Source: an uncultured Muribaculaceae bacterium (lineage in GTDB: Bacteria > Bacteroidota > Bacteroidia > Bacteroidales > UBA932). From it: a stretch of DNA of 64,000 nucleotides. The notes under the pieces were generated by a model. It had not been told where the DNA came from. It saw only the letters and a list, made by a program, of their open reading frames with translations, and did no database searches. Positions 40,407 to 48,993 of the stretch are shown piece after piece. Position numbers and translations under genes: made by a program. Position 1 is the first letter of the stretch; each line of letters starts with the position of its first letter. Where the stretch lies: the NCBI GenBank assembly GCA_964600385.1, contig CAZRJC010000006.1, positions 33,323 to 97,322 on the forward strand. Reading direction: 5' to 3'.

Positions 40407-41714
40407 CTACTTTTGTCTGATGAAGATCTGAACAGGTGTACCCTTTAAACTGAAATGAGTGCGTAATTTGTTTTCAAGGTAACGCTTGTATTCTTCACGT
40501 ACATATTGCGGCAGGTTGCAGAAGAATGCGAAAGAAGGGCAGGGCGTGGGCAACTGGGTGACGAATTTAATCTTTACAAACTTGCCTTTCAGTGCGGGCG
40601 GAGGGTAATTTTCAATTTCAGGAAGCATTACCTCATTGAGCCGCGAGGTGGGAATGCGTCTGCTCCTGTTTTGATATACTTCTTCTGCCGCTTCAAGCAC
40701 ATTCAGAATGCGCTGTTTGTTGATTACGGAAGTAAAAATAATGGGTACGTCCGAGAAGGGAGCTAATTTGGCCCGGATCGCATTTTCGTATTCTTTGAGA
40801 GTATTACTCTCTTTTTCAACAAGGTCCCATTTGTTCACCACCAAAACGCATCCTTTTTTATTCCGCAGGATCAGCTGAAAGACATTCATGTCCTGAGACT
40901 CTATCCCTTTCTCCGCGTCAGTCATAAGTATGCATACGTCTGCATATTCAATGGTACGGATTGCCCTCATGGAAGAATAGAACTCAAGATCTTCCTTTTT
41001 CTTGTTTTTCTTGCGCAATCCGGCCGTGTCGATGAGCATGAATTCGTGCCCGAATTTATTGTAATAGGTAGATATGGAGTCCCGGGTAGTCCCGGCAATG
41101 GGCGTGACAATATTACGTTCCTGTCCCAGCAGGGAGTTGGTTAGCGACGATTTTCCCACATTCGGACGTCCGACTATGGCAATATGCGGTATGTTTTTCT
41201 CTTCTTCTTTTATTTCAGCTGCCGGGGGAAGCAATTCCATCACTTTATCCAGCAGGTCGCCTGTGCCGCTGCCATTTGCCGAGGCAATACTTATGGGTTC
41301 TCCCAGTCCCAGGGCATTGAATTCGAAGGTGTCAAAGATTTTACCGCCATGGTCCACTTTATTAACGGCAACAATGACCGGCTTGCTTGTACGTCTGAGC
41401 AGTTTGGCAATGGATGTATCGTAATCTGTAATTCCGGTCTGAACGTCAACAAGAAAAATCACAAGGTCGGCCTCGTCTATGGCCAGCAGAACCTGTTTGC
41501 GAATCTCTTCTTCAAACACATCATCAGAATTTTCTGCGTAGCCCCCCGTATCAATAACAGAAAACTCCCGGCCGTTCCAGTCACTTTTTCCATAATGCCG
41601 GTCGCGGGTAACACCAGCCACTTCGTCTACTATGGCCTGGCGCATACCCACCAGACGGTTGAACAGGGTTGATTTCCCTACATTAGGTCTTCCTACAATT
41701 GCTACAATACTCAT
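40407..41714 (-). CDS. der: Ribosome-associated GTPase Der/EngA
   Basis: 435 aa; two tandem G domains (GRPNVGKST twice, DTGG / DTAG, NKVD / NKWD) and a KH-like C-terminus. Confidence 0.95.
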   Translation of the reverse strand: MSIVAIVGRPNVGKSTLFNRLVGMRQAIVDEVAGVTRDRHYGKSDWNGREFSVIDTGGYAENSDDVFEEEIRKQVLLAIDEADLVIFLVDVQTGITDYDTSIAKLLRRTSKPVIVAVNKVDHGGKIFDTFEFNALGLGEPISIASANGSGTGDLLDKVMELLPPAAEIKEEEKNIPHIAIVGRPNVGKSSLTNSLLGQERNIVTPIAGTTRDSISTYYNKFGHEFMLIDTAGLRKKNKKKEDLEFYSSMRAIRTIEYADVCILMTDAEKGIESQDMNVFQLILRNKKGCVLVVNKWDLVEKESNTLKEYENAIRAKLAPFSDVPIIFTSVINKQRILNVLEAAEEVYQNRSRRIPTSRLNEVMLPEIENYPPPALKGKFVKIKFVTQLPTPCPSFAFFCNLPQYVREEYKRYLENKLRTHFSLKGTPVQIFIRQK

Positions 41715-41895
41715 TACTTTTGTTATAAAGTTTTCGTTCTTTTTCTTTGGGACAAATAATTCCTTTCCGCCTCATGTCAGGATTTTTCCCTATGGAAGTT
41801 TCGGGAAATGTCCCGTCTTTCTTTATAAGGATTCCCACGGCAAGTGCAGCGATACAAAAGGCTATCACAGCCAGGGATAACAAAAAGGTGCTCAT
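41683..41895 (-). CDS. Small single-TM protein bridging nadE and der (function unknown)
   Basis: 70 aa from ATG 41895 ([32 protein letters not shown]..). The start shares one base with the nadE stop (TAATG). The 3' end overlaps der by 32 nt. Confidence 0.45.
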   Translation of the reverse strand: MSTFLLSLAVIAFCIAALAVGILIKKDGTFPETSIGKNPDMRRKGIICPKEKERKLYNKSNEYCSNCRKT

Positions 41896-42731
41896 TATGT
41901 AAAATACAGGCATTTATCCTGCTGAAACAAAGGGCGTTCGCTCACGGCCAGTACAGGGGGGCACTGAGGGACTTTGTGCTCCATATGTCTGATTCTTTCG
42001 GTTATGATCCGGACACATTCCGGATTGGCCCCTTTCCCGATGACTTCCTCTGCGCTTCTGCCGAGTTCAATCAAGTCTTCCAGAATGGAATCAAGAACGG
42101 GAAATGGCGGGATGGTGCAACTGCCGGATTGTTCCGGCTCCGGATCGACTGAAGGTTCTTTTCTGATAGTATGCCAGGGGATTCGTTCTGTGTCCCGGTT
42201 GATGAAACCGGCAAGTTCATAAACCCGTGTCTTGAAAATGTCACCGATAACCATGAGGTCCCCGGCAAGGTCTCCGTACAGTGTGCCGTAGTTCATGGCC
42301 AGTTCACTCTTATTGGTCGTGTTAAGGGCAACTACATTTTTATTTCCTGCATGATACATCAGAAAAATAGCACGTATCCGGGTCTGTATCTTTTCTTCCT
42401 CGCGTACGTTATGATGACTGTGTTCAAATATGGGAGAAAGTTCACGCAATATTTTGCTGTAAACAGAATCTATGGGTACGACCCTGTGCTCTATTTCATT
42501 CGCTTCGCATATGGCAATTCCGTCTGTAAGTGAATGAACAGTGGAAAGGGGGCCGGGCATAAGCAACCCGTGTACCTTCTCCTTCCCTAACGCATCGATG
42601 GCAAGGCAGGTCACTACAGCAGAGTCAATCCCGCCGGAGATTCCGACTATGGCGCCGTCCTTTCCGGTTTCCTTTACAAAACGGCCGATGCCGTTGACAA
42701 GGCGATGGTATAACTCTTCTGCTGTAAGCAT
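41895..42731 (-). CDS. nadE: NH3-dependent NAD+ synthetase
   Basis: 278 aa; PP-loop GISGGIDSAV and further NadE blocks (TNKSE...GY.T.YGD). Confidence 0.9.
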   Translation of the reverse strand: MLTAEELYHRLVNGIGRFVKETGKDGAIVGISGGIDSAVVTCLAIDALGKEKVHGLLMPGPLSTVHSLTDGIAICEANEIEHRVVPIDSVYSKILRELSPIFEHSHHNVREEEKIQTRIRAIFLMYHAGNKNVVALNTTNKSELAMNYGTLYGDLAGDLMVIGDIFKTRVYELAGFINRDTERIPWHTIRKEPSVDPEPEQSGSCTIPPFPVLDSILEDLIELGRSAEEVIGKGANPECVRIITERIRHMEHKVPQCPPVLAVSERPLFQQDKCLYFT

Positions 42732-43681
42732 TATAACGTGAATTTACCGCTAATGGACTGATAATTGTAAACTTTTTCAATAATATCGGCAAATTCTCCG
42801 GCAATTGAGATCACTTTGATCTTGCTCTTGTCCACATTGGGGTCGCAACTCAGAGGAATGGTGTCTGTGACAATGACTTCCGAGAGTGCCGAATTTGCTA
42901 TGGTATTATAAGCCAGACCCGATAAAACGGGATGAGTGGCAATGGCACGGACACTGCGGGCTCCTTTGGCCATCATCATGTCGGAGGCCTTTGCAATGGT
43001 ACCTCCCGTGTCAATCATATCGTCAAGAATCACAATGTTCCTGTCCTCCACATCGCCTATCGCAGTCATGCTGCCCACTACATTGGCTTTTTCACGTGAC
43101 TTGTGGCATATGATCAGGGGACATTCCAGCTTGCGGGAATAGGCATTGGCTCTTTTGGCGCCGCCCATATCGGGTGCGGCAACCGACAGGTTCTCCAGGT
43201 TAAGGCTTTTTATATACGGTACGAAAACAGAGCTGGAATAAACGTGGTCAACGGGGAAATCAAAGAAACCCTGTATCTGGTCTGCATGCAGATCCATTGT
43301 CATGACCCGGTCGCAACCAACGGCATGCAGCAGATCGGCCACCATTTTGGCGCCAATGGATACACGCGGTCTGTCTTTCCGGTCCTGCCTGGCCCATCCG
43401 AAATAGGGCATGACGGCTATTACCTTGTAGGCCGAGGCTCTTTTGGCCGCGTCAATGGTAAGAAGAAGTTCAAACAGGTTGTCAACCGGAGGGAACGTGG
43501 ACTGAATGATGAATACCGTTGCTCCACGAACACTCTCGTCAAATGCAGGTTGAAACTCTCCGTCGCTGAAAACTGTTACGGACGAAAGACCAAGCGGGGT
43601 GCCGAGGTGCGAGGCTATTTGCTCCGCCAGATAACGGGATCCACGACAGGAAAACACTTTGAATAAGTGAAGATGATCCAT
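42731..43681 (-). CDS. prs: Ribose-phosphate pyrophosphokinase
   Basis: Prs blocks (FSDGE, YFGWARQDRK, DLHADQIQGFF, DDMIDTGGT). Start moved to ATG 43681 (MDHLHLF..) because the TAnnTTTG box at 43711..43704 lies inside the longer ORF-track extension. Confidence 0.93.
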   Translation of the reverse strand: MDHLHLFKVFSCRGSRYLAEQIASHLGTPLGLSSVTVFSDGEFQPAFDESVRGATVFIIQSTFPPVDNLFELLLTIDAAKRASAYKVIAVMPYFGWARQDRKDRPRVSIGAKMVADLLHAVGCDRVMTMDLHADQIQGFFDFPVDHVYSSSVFVPYIKSLNLENLSVAAPDMGGAKRANAYSRKLECPLIICHKSREKANVVGSMTAIGDVEDRNIVILDDMIDTGGTIAKASDMMMAKGARSVRAIATHPVLSGLAYNTIANSALSEVIVTDTIPLSCDPNVDKSKIKVISIAGEFADIIEKVYNYQSISGKFTL

Positions 43682-43703
43682 TGTTTTTTTTTGAAAGATG
43701 AGG

Positions 43704-43711
43704 CAAAGATA
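43704..43711 (-). promoter_or_regulatory. -7 promoter box TAtcTTTG for prs-nadE-der operon
   Basis: Plus strand caaagata. The box ends 23 nt upstream of ATG 43681. Confidence 0.5.
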
Positions 43712-43726
43712 CAAGAAAAAACATAA

Positions 43727-44326
43727 TCAGGAATTCCCGGCGAGGATGTTGCCGATATAATCCAGCAACTCGCGGCGTCCGAGGGATGTGGTGGAAGATG
43801 TTGCAAACGAAGGGGGAAGCTCTTCCCAGTATTCCAGTAGCTCCTTTTTTATGGCCTGAATCTTTTTCTCAAGTGCCGTACGTGAAAGTTTATCGGCCTT
43901 GGTAAAGATCAGTGCAAAAGGAATGTTCAGCTCACCCAGCTTCAGAAGGAATTCAAGATCTATTTTTTGTAAGGGATGGCGGCAGTCAAGCAAAACAAAC
44001 AGCAGCGTCATCTGACGGGAACGGCAAATATAGCCGAAGATCATGGCAGAGAGTGCTTCTCTTTGTGTTTTTGAGACTTTGGCAAAACCATAACCCGGAA
44101 GGTCCACGACAGTCCACCGGTCATCAATAAGGAACCGGTTGATCAGCCGGGTTTTTCCGGGGGAAGAAGAAGTATGCGCCAGCCCGTTATTGCTGCATAA
44201 CATGTTAATAAGCGAAGACTTTCCCACGTTGGATCGTCCTATGAAGGCAAATTCATGCATGTCATGTTCAGGTAATTGTTCCACAGAGGGAACACTTATC
44301 AAAAAAGAAGAGCGGCGTATTTCCAT
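43727..44326 (-). CDS. engB: Ribosome biogenesis GTPase EngB/YsxC/YihA
   Basis: 199 aa; GRSNVGKSSLIN, DLPGYG, TKADK. Confidence 0.92.
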   Translation of the reverse strand: MEIRRSSFLISVPSVEQLPEHDMHEFAFIGRSNVGKSSLINMLCSNNGLAHTSSSPGKTRLINRFLIDDRWTVVDLPGYGFAKVSKTQREALSAMIFGYICRSRQMTLLFVLLDCRHPLQKIDLEFLLKLGELNIPFALIFTKADKLSRTALEKKIQAIKKELLEYWEELPPSFATSSTTSLGRRELLDYIGNILAGNS

Positions 44327-44330
44327 GTGG

Positions 44331-44338
44331 CAAAGTTA
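44331..44338 (-). promoter_or_regulatory. -7 promoter box TAacTTTG 4 nt upstream of the engB ATG
   Basis: Plus strand caaagtta; the minus-strand context is TAACTTTGccacATG. Confidence 0.45.
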
Positions 44339-44359
44339 CTATTTTCCGGCCATTTTCTG

Positions 44360-44367
44360 TATATTTG
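44360..44367 (+). promoter_or_regulatory. -7 promoter box TAtaTTTG 4 nt upstream of the first xseA ATG
   Basis: TATATTTGtgatATG (ATG 44372), with a second in-frame ATG at 44381. It sits back-to-back with the engB box, 21 bp away. Confidence 0.45.
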
Positions 44368-44371
44368 TGAT

Positions 44372-45550
44372 ATGCACAAAATGGATCTTCTTGAACTGCA
44401 GGAACGTTTGCAAAATGCTGTTTCCGAGGCTTTCCCCGAATACTGCTGGGTGCGGGCAGAAATAAACCAGCTGTCTGTGCGGAACGGTCACTGTTATATG
44501 GAACTGGTACAAAAAGATCCGGACAGCAGTAACCTGGTGGCGAAAGCTCAGGCTGTTGTCTGGTCCGGCGTGTTCGTTTTCCTGAAGCCTTTTTTTGAAT
44601 CATCGACAGGCATGCCGTTCGATGCCGGTTTGCAGGTCCTCCTGAAAGTGGAGCCACGCATTCACCCGTTGTACGGTCTTAGCCTGAACGTAAGCGATGT
44701 GGACCCGTCCTTTACACTTGGAGGGGTGGAACTGGAACGAAGAAAAACTTTGGAAAGACTTGAAAAAGAAGGCATCATTGACATGAACCTTCAACTGCCT
44801 TTCCCAAGGATTCCCAGACGTCTGGCTGTTATTTCGTCCGATAAGGCGGCCGGTTTCCAGGATTTTGTCAATCATTTGTCTCAATCGGGATATGCTTTCG
44901 GGGTAAGACTGTTCCAGGCGCTCATGCAGGGTTCAGGGGCCTCGGCCAGTATCATCGATGCCATGGACAAGGTGGCGGAGGCCGGGACCGGAGGGGAGGG
45001 TGGCTTTGACGTGCTCCTGATTCTCAGAGGAGGCGGCGCAGTAACCGATCTTCATTGCTATGACGATTATTTACTGGCGGCCAACATAGCCCAGTTTCCC
45101 ATTCCCGTGATCACCGGAATAGGCCATTTCAGGGATGTGCACATTGCAGACAGGGTGGCTCACATGGCATTGAAAACACCTACTGCGGCTGCCGATTTTC
45201 TTATAGATTGCCTGGCTGCCGAAGACCAGGAACTGGAACAGGCCGGGCGCCGGATTGAAAGAGCCATGCGAAACCGTTTCAATCAGGAGGAAATGTACCT
45301 TTCACATGTGTTGAAAGATATAAAGGGAGCCGTAAGATGGCTTGCAGGACAACACCATCACAGCCTTGATATGCTGGAAGAACGAGTGGTAAGAAACAAT
45401 CCGCTTACCATGTTGCAAAAAGGATATTCCATTACCGTATACCAGGGCAGGGCGGTAAGGGAGGCTTCGGTACTGAAACCCGGTGAGCAGGTAAAGGTGC
45501 TGTTGGCCCGGGGAAGTTTCCTGTCTACAGTAACAGAAACAGAAAAATAA
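44372..45550 (+). CDS. xseA: Exodeoxyribonuclease VII large subunit
   Basis: XseA pattern: N-terminal OB fold (WVRAEI..L....GHCYMELV), then RRLAVISSDKAAGFQDF, RGGGA..DL. The start is ATG 44372 or 44381; the ORF-track start at 44276 overlaps engB and the promoter boxes. Confidence 0.9.
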   Translation: MHKMDLLELQERLQNAVSEAFPEYCWVRAEINQLSVRNGHCYMELVQKDPDSSNLVAKAQAVVWSGVFVFLKPFFESSTGMPFDAGLQVLLKVEPRIHPLYGLSLNVSDVDPSFTLGGVELERRKTLERLEKEGIIDMNLQLPFPRIPRRLAVISSDKAAGFQDFVNHLSQSGYAFGVRLFQALMQGSGASASIIDAMDKVAEAGTGGEGGFDVLLILRGGGAVTDLHCYDDYLLAANIAQFPIPVITGIGHFRDVHIADRVAHMALKTPTAAADFLIDCLAAEDQELEQAGRRIERAMRNRFNQEEMYLSHVLKDIKGAVRWLAGQHHHSLDMLEERVVRNNPLTMLQKGYSITVYQGRAVREASVLKPGEQVKVLLARGSFLSTVTETEK

Positions 45551-45553
45551 GAT

Positions 45554-45760
45554 ATGACCCGAAAATCTCCGTTGACTTACGATCAGGCCAGAGCAGAGCT
45601 TGACGAACTGGTAAAAGCAGTGGAACAACCCAATGCCGATTTGGGTGAAATAGCAGGAAAGGTAAAAAGAGCCGTGGAACTGGTTGCTTTTTGCCGTGAA
45701 TACCTGAAAGGTTTACAGGATGATGCAGACAAAATACTTACTCAAAATGATAAAGCGTAA
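45554..45760 (+). CDS. xseB: Exodeoxyribonuclease VII small subunit
   Basis: 68 aa, helical, with the typical YDQARAELDELV..E pattern, directly after xseA. Confidence 0.85.
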   Translation: MTRKSPLTYDQARAELDELVKAVEQPNADLGEIAGKVKRAVELVAFCREYLKGLQDDADKILTQNDKA

Positions 45761-46967
45761 CTGTTTATTTGCCGTTCTGATGCTTTTGTGTCATGCCCTC
45801 TCTCCGGCATACGCTCAGGAAAAGATTAAAATCGTAAGCCAGGATACCTTGTCGACTACCATGAAGGGTTTGCTGGAAGAATCAACCTCCCGGGTGTTCC
45901 ATGACCCCGATCCTCCGCGTTTCGTGATGATGGACAACAAGGAAAAATTCCTGTTCGGAATGGGAGGCTATGTATCCTGTCTGGCATACTACGACGGAAC
46001 GGGATTCCTTTCCAGGGACATGATTAATGCTTCCATTCCCATGAGCCGCTCCACGTTGCGGAATGACCGTTTCAGCATGGATGCCAGCGGTTCCCGTCTT
46101 TTCTTCAAGTTGCTGGGAGATACGCGTTTTGGCAAGGTCCATGCGTACATCGAGGCAGGATTCACCGGTTCAGGCAATGCTTTTTCACTCAAACACGCTT
46201 ATGTTGAGGTAAGAGGGCTGCTGATAGGACAGACATGGAGCAATATCATGGATCTTGAAGCTTCTCCGGCCACTGTGGACGGAGAGGGTCCGTGCGGACT
46301 GAACGGGCTCCGTCAGCCCCAGGTCAGGTACGAATGGGAATGGACCAACGGCTGGCAAACCAGTGTCTCGCTGGAAGATCCTGACGTCACCATGCTGGAA
46401 GTTACCATGCTGGAGGCTTCAGGCGATATTTCAATCATGGGGCAGCGGTTCCCGGATCTCATTGGTTCTGTCGGGTACAAGGGTAAAAACTGGCACCTTC
46501 GTCTGGCCGGAGTGATACGTTTCATGGATAAACAAAAAGGCTACGGAGGAGCTGTATCGGGCCATTATGACATTACTGAAAAAGACGTTTTCAGGTTCCA
46601 GGCCACCTGCGGAGCCGGTATAGGACATTACATCCAGGACCTGTCGGGCGTGGGCTACGATGTGTACCTGAAACCCGACAGGAGTTTTGGCCGGGTTGGC
46701 GCACTCGGATGGTACGGTGCCTATGAGCATCACTGGAGCCCCAATTGTTTTTCAGGTGCGGTCTATTCACAGGTGCATGTAAAGGCTTATGAAAACGCTC
46801 CCGACTTCTTCTACCGTACAACCCACTATGCCGGAATCAATACCTTCTGGCAATTATTCAGATACGGCCAACTCGGAATTGAGGCTCTATACGGCGACCG
46901 TGTCAACCTGAACAGGGAAAGGGGATATTCGTGGCGGCTGAACTGCCTGCTAAGATATAATTTCTAA
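45747..46967 (+). CDS. Outer-membrane porin (DcaP-like family; family name recalled from memory)
   Basis: Signal peptide from ATG 45747 (MIKRNCLFAVLMLLCHALSPAYAQ). Beta-barrel-like alternation. Blocks PRF...D..EKF.F..GGY and SRLFFKL..DT..G.V.AYIE.GF, LKHAYVE..G.LIGQTWS. C-terminal aromatic residue (..LRYNF). Confidence 0.75.
   Translation: MIKRNCLFAVLMLLCHALSPAYAQEKIKIVSQDTLSTTMKGLLEESTSRVFHDPDPPRFVMMDNKEKFLFGMGGYVSCLAYYDGTGFLSRDMINASIPMSRSTLRNDRFSMDASGSRLFFKLLGDTRFGKVHAYIEAGFTGSGNAFSLKHAYVEVRGLLIGQTWSNIMDLEASPATVDGEGPCGLNGLRQPQVRYEWEWTNGWQTSVSLEDPDVTMLEVTMLEASGDISIMGQRFPDLIGSVGYKGKNWHLRLAGVIRFMDKQKGYGGAVSGHYDITEKDVFRFQATCGAGIGHYIQDLSGVGYDVYLKPDRSFGRVGALGWYGAYEHHWSPNCFSGAVYSQVHVKAYENAPDFFYRTTHYAGINTFWQLFRYGQLGIEALYGDRVNLNRERGYSWRLNCLLRYNF
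46386..46415 (+). repeat. In-frame 15-nt tandem duplication (VTMLE x2) inside the porin gene
   Basis: gtcaccatgctggaa / gttaccatgctggag: 13 of 15 identical, codon-aligned. Confidence 0.85.
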
Positions 46968-46970
46968 ATT

Positions 46971-48953
46971 ATGGAAACAGTTGAAATATGGCAGAAAGAC
47001 CCTTACCTTAAACCATTCAGACAGGTGTTGAGGAGGCGTTCGGATCTGCTTGAGTCCAAAGCCCGGTTTATTCAGGGCGCTCATGACAGTCTGTACAGTG
47101 CGGTGAACAACCACCTGTATTACGGAGTGCATAAAGTGGCGAATGGCTGGATGTGCCGGGAATGGGCCCCCAATGCCTCGGCCATATACCTGATTGGCGA
47201 ATGCAACGATTGGAAAAAAGTGCCGGAGTTCCGTTTCCGGCCTGTTGGAGAAGGCAACTGGGAACTGGGACTGCCACCGGACGCTTTGTGCCACGGACAA
47301 CTCTACAAATGGTATATCGAGTGGCCGGGCGGTTCGGGTGAAAGACTGCCCGCCTACGTACGCCGTTGCGTACAGGATCCCGAAACCAAGATCTTCAGCG
47401 CTCAGGTGTGGGCTCCGCCGGTACCTTACAGATGGCGGCACAAATCACCTGAGAAAGTGAAAAATCCGCTTATCTACGAAGTGCATATAGGCATGAGTTC
47501 GGAAGAACCCGTAGTGGCGGGCTTTGACTCGTTTCGCCTGAACGTTTTGCCCCGGATCGCCCGCCTCGGGTACAACACTATTCAATTGATGGCTATCCAG
47601 GAGCATCCCTATTACGGTTCATTCGGATACCAGGTATCCAATTTCTTTGCTGTCAGCTCCCGGTTCGGTACCCCCGACGAGTTGAAGAAACTGGTGGATG
47701 CCGCTCACAAATTGGGTATAGCTGTGATCCTTGACCTGGTCCATTCGCATGCGGTAAAGAACGAGGTGGAGGGACTCAGCCGGTTTGACGGTACGTACAG
47801 CCTGTATTTTCATGAAGGGCCCCGGGGCGAACACTCTGTCTGGTCGTCGCGCTGCTTCGATTACGGTAAGGATGCCGTGTTGTATTTCCTCCTTTCCAAC
47901 TGCAAGTACTGGCTTGAAGAATACCGTTTTGACGGATTCCGCTTTGACGGGGTCACGTCCATGTTGTACTACGATCACGGCATCGGCCGCAATTTTACAG
48001 AATACAGTACCTATTTTGACGGTTCGCAGGACGAGGATGCAATCACATACCTGGGACTTGCCAACCGTCTGGTCCACGAATGTTGTCCCCATGCCATAAC
48101 CATTGCAGAGGACGTGAGCGGAATGCCTTCTCTGGCTTATCCGGCCGAAGGAGGCGGAATAGGATTCGACTTCAGAATGAGCATGGGAGTGGCCGATGAG
48201 TGGATCAAGCTCATAAAAAATGTGAAAGACGAGCATTGGCACGTTGGTGACATTTTTTATGAATTGACCAACAAAAGGGACGATGAACATACCGTTTCGT
48301 ACGCCGAGTGTCACGACCAGGCCATGGTGGGGGACAAGACCATCATGTTCAGGCTGACCGATAAGGACATGTACCATTCCATGAGCAAATCGGCCGAATC
48401 GCTTGTCATAGACAGAGGCGTTGCCCTTCACAAAATGATCCGTCTTCTTTCAATTTCCACGGCAGGAGACGGATATCTGAATTTCATGGGCAACGAGTTC
48501 GGCCATCCTGAATGGATAGATTTTCCCAGGGAAGGAAACGGCTGGAGCTATCATTATGCCCGCAGGCAATGGTCCCTGGCCGATAACGATCTGTTACGCT
48601 ACCGGGGACTGGAGCTGTTCGACAGGGATATGATCCATCTGGCAAAACAGCATGATATTTTTGCCGGTAGACCCAAGGCGATAGTGCAGGATATCGGGTC
48701 CCAGGTCCTCGTTTTTACAAGGGGTCCTCTGGTGTTTGTGTTTAACCTGAGTCCGGACCGTTCCTACCCCGATTACGGCATAGAAGTGCCGGCAGGCAAA
48801 TATATCTGCCTGTTGGATTCTGATTGGAAGCTCTACGGGGGGTTTGAACGTAATAAGCCTGAAACAGAGCATTTTACGGTTAATTGTAAAGAGGTTGACC
48901 GGCTTTTCCTGTACTTGCCCTCCAGGACGGCTATGGTGCTGATTGGAGAATAA
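46971..48953 (+). CDS. glgB: 1,4-alpha-glucan branching enzyme (GH13)
   Basis: 660 aa; GH13 catalytic regions VILDLVHSH, GFRFDGVTSM, IAEDVSG, YAECHDQ. Confidence 0.9.
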   Translation: METVEIWQKDPYLKPFRQVLRRRSDLLESKARFIQGAHDSLYSAVNNHLYYGVHKVANGWMCREWAPNASAIYLIGECNDWKKVPEFRFRPVGEGNWELGLPPDALCHGQLYKWYIEWPGGSGERLPAYVRRCVQDPETKIFSAQVWAPPVPYRWRHKSPEKVKNPLIYEVHIGMSSEEPVVAGFDSFRLNVLPRIARLGYNTIQLMAIQEHPYYGSFGYQVSNFFAVSSRFGTPDELKKLVDAAHKLGIAVILDLVHSHAVKNEVEGLSRFDGTYSLYFHEGPRGEHSVWSSRCFDYGKDAVLYFLLSNCKYWLEEYRFDGFRFDGVTSMLYYDHGIGRNFTEYSTYFDGSQDEDAITYLGLANRLVHECCPHAITIAEDVSGMPSLAYPAEGGGIGFDFRMSMGVADEWIKLIKNVKDEHWHVGDIFYELTNKRDDEHTVSYAECHDQAMVGDKTIMFRLTDKDMYHSMSKSAESLVIDRGVALHKMIRLLSISTAGDGYLNFMGNEFGHPEWIDFPREGNGWSYHYARRQWSLADNDLLRYRGLELFDRDMIHLAKQHDIFAGRPKAIVQDIGSQVLVFTRGPLVFVFNLSPDRSYPDYGIEVPAGKYICLLDSDWKLYGGFERNKPETEHFTVNCKEVDRLFLYLPSRTAMVLIGE

Positions 48954-48993
48954 TTAGTAACTTGCGCGTTTATTGTTATTTAATTGAATATTT

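Noticed and set aside
43088-43103. parS-like sequence tttttcacgtgacttg inside prs.
   Set aside because: Only 11 of 16 positions match the TGTTTCACGTGAAACA consensus. The right half is not palindromic, and the site is intragenic and far from parAB.
44276-44371. N-terminal extensions offered by the ORF track. They affect xseA (44276), parE (5263), lplA (20978), the lipid kinase (27028), the PriA-like gene (33221) and the kinase (39578). They also affect prs (43714), GT4 (50865), greA (58882), HIT (59411), rpsU (13951) and the porin (45720).
   Set aside because: The extensions overlap upstream genes, promoter boxes or SD sequences, often begin at GTG or TTG, and precede an ATG where the conserved family N-terminus begins. 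The shorter starts are used in the feature table.
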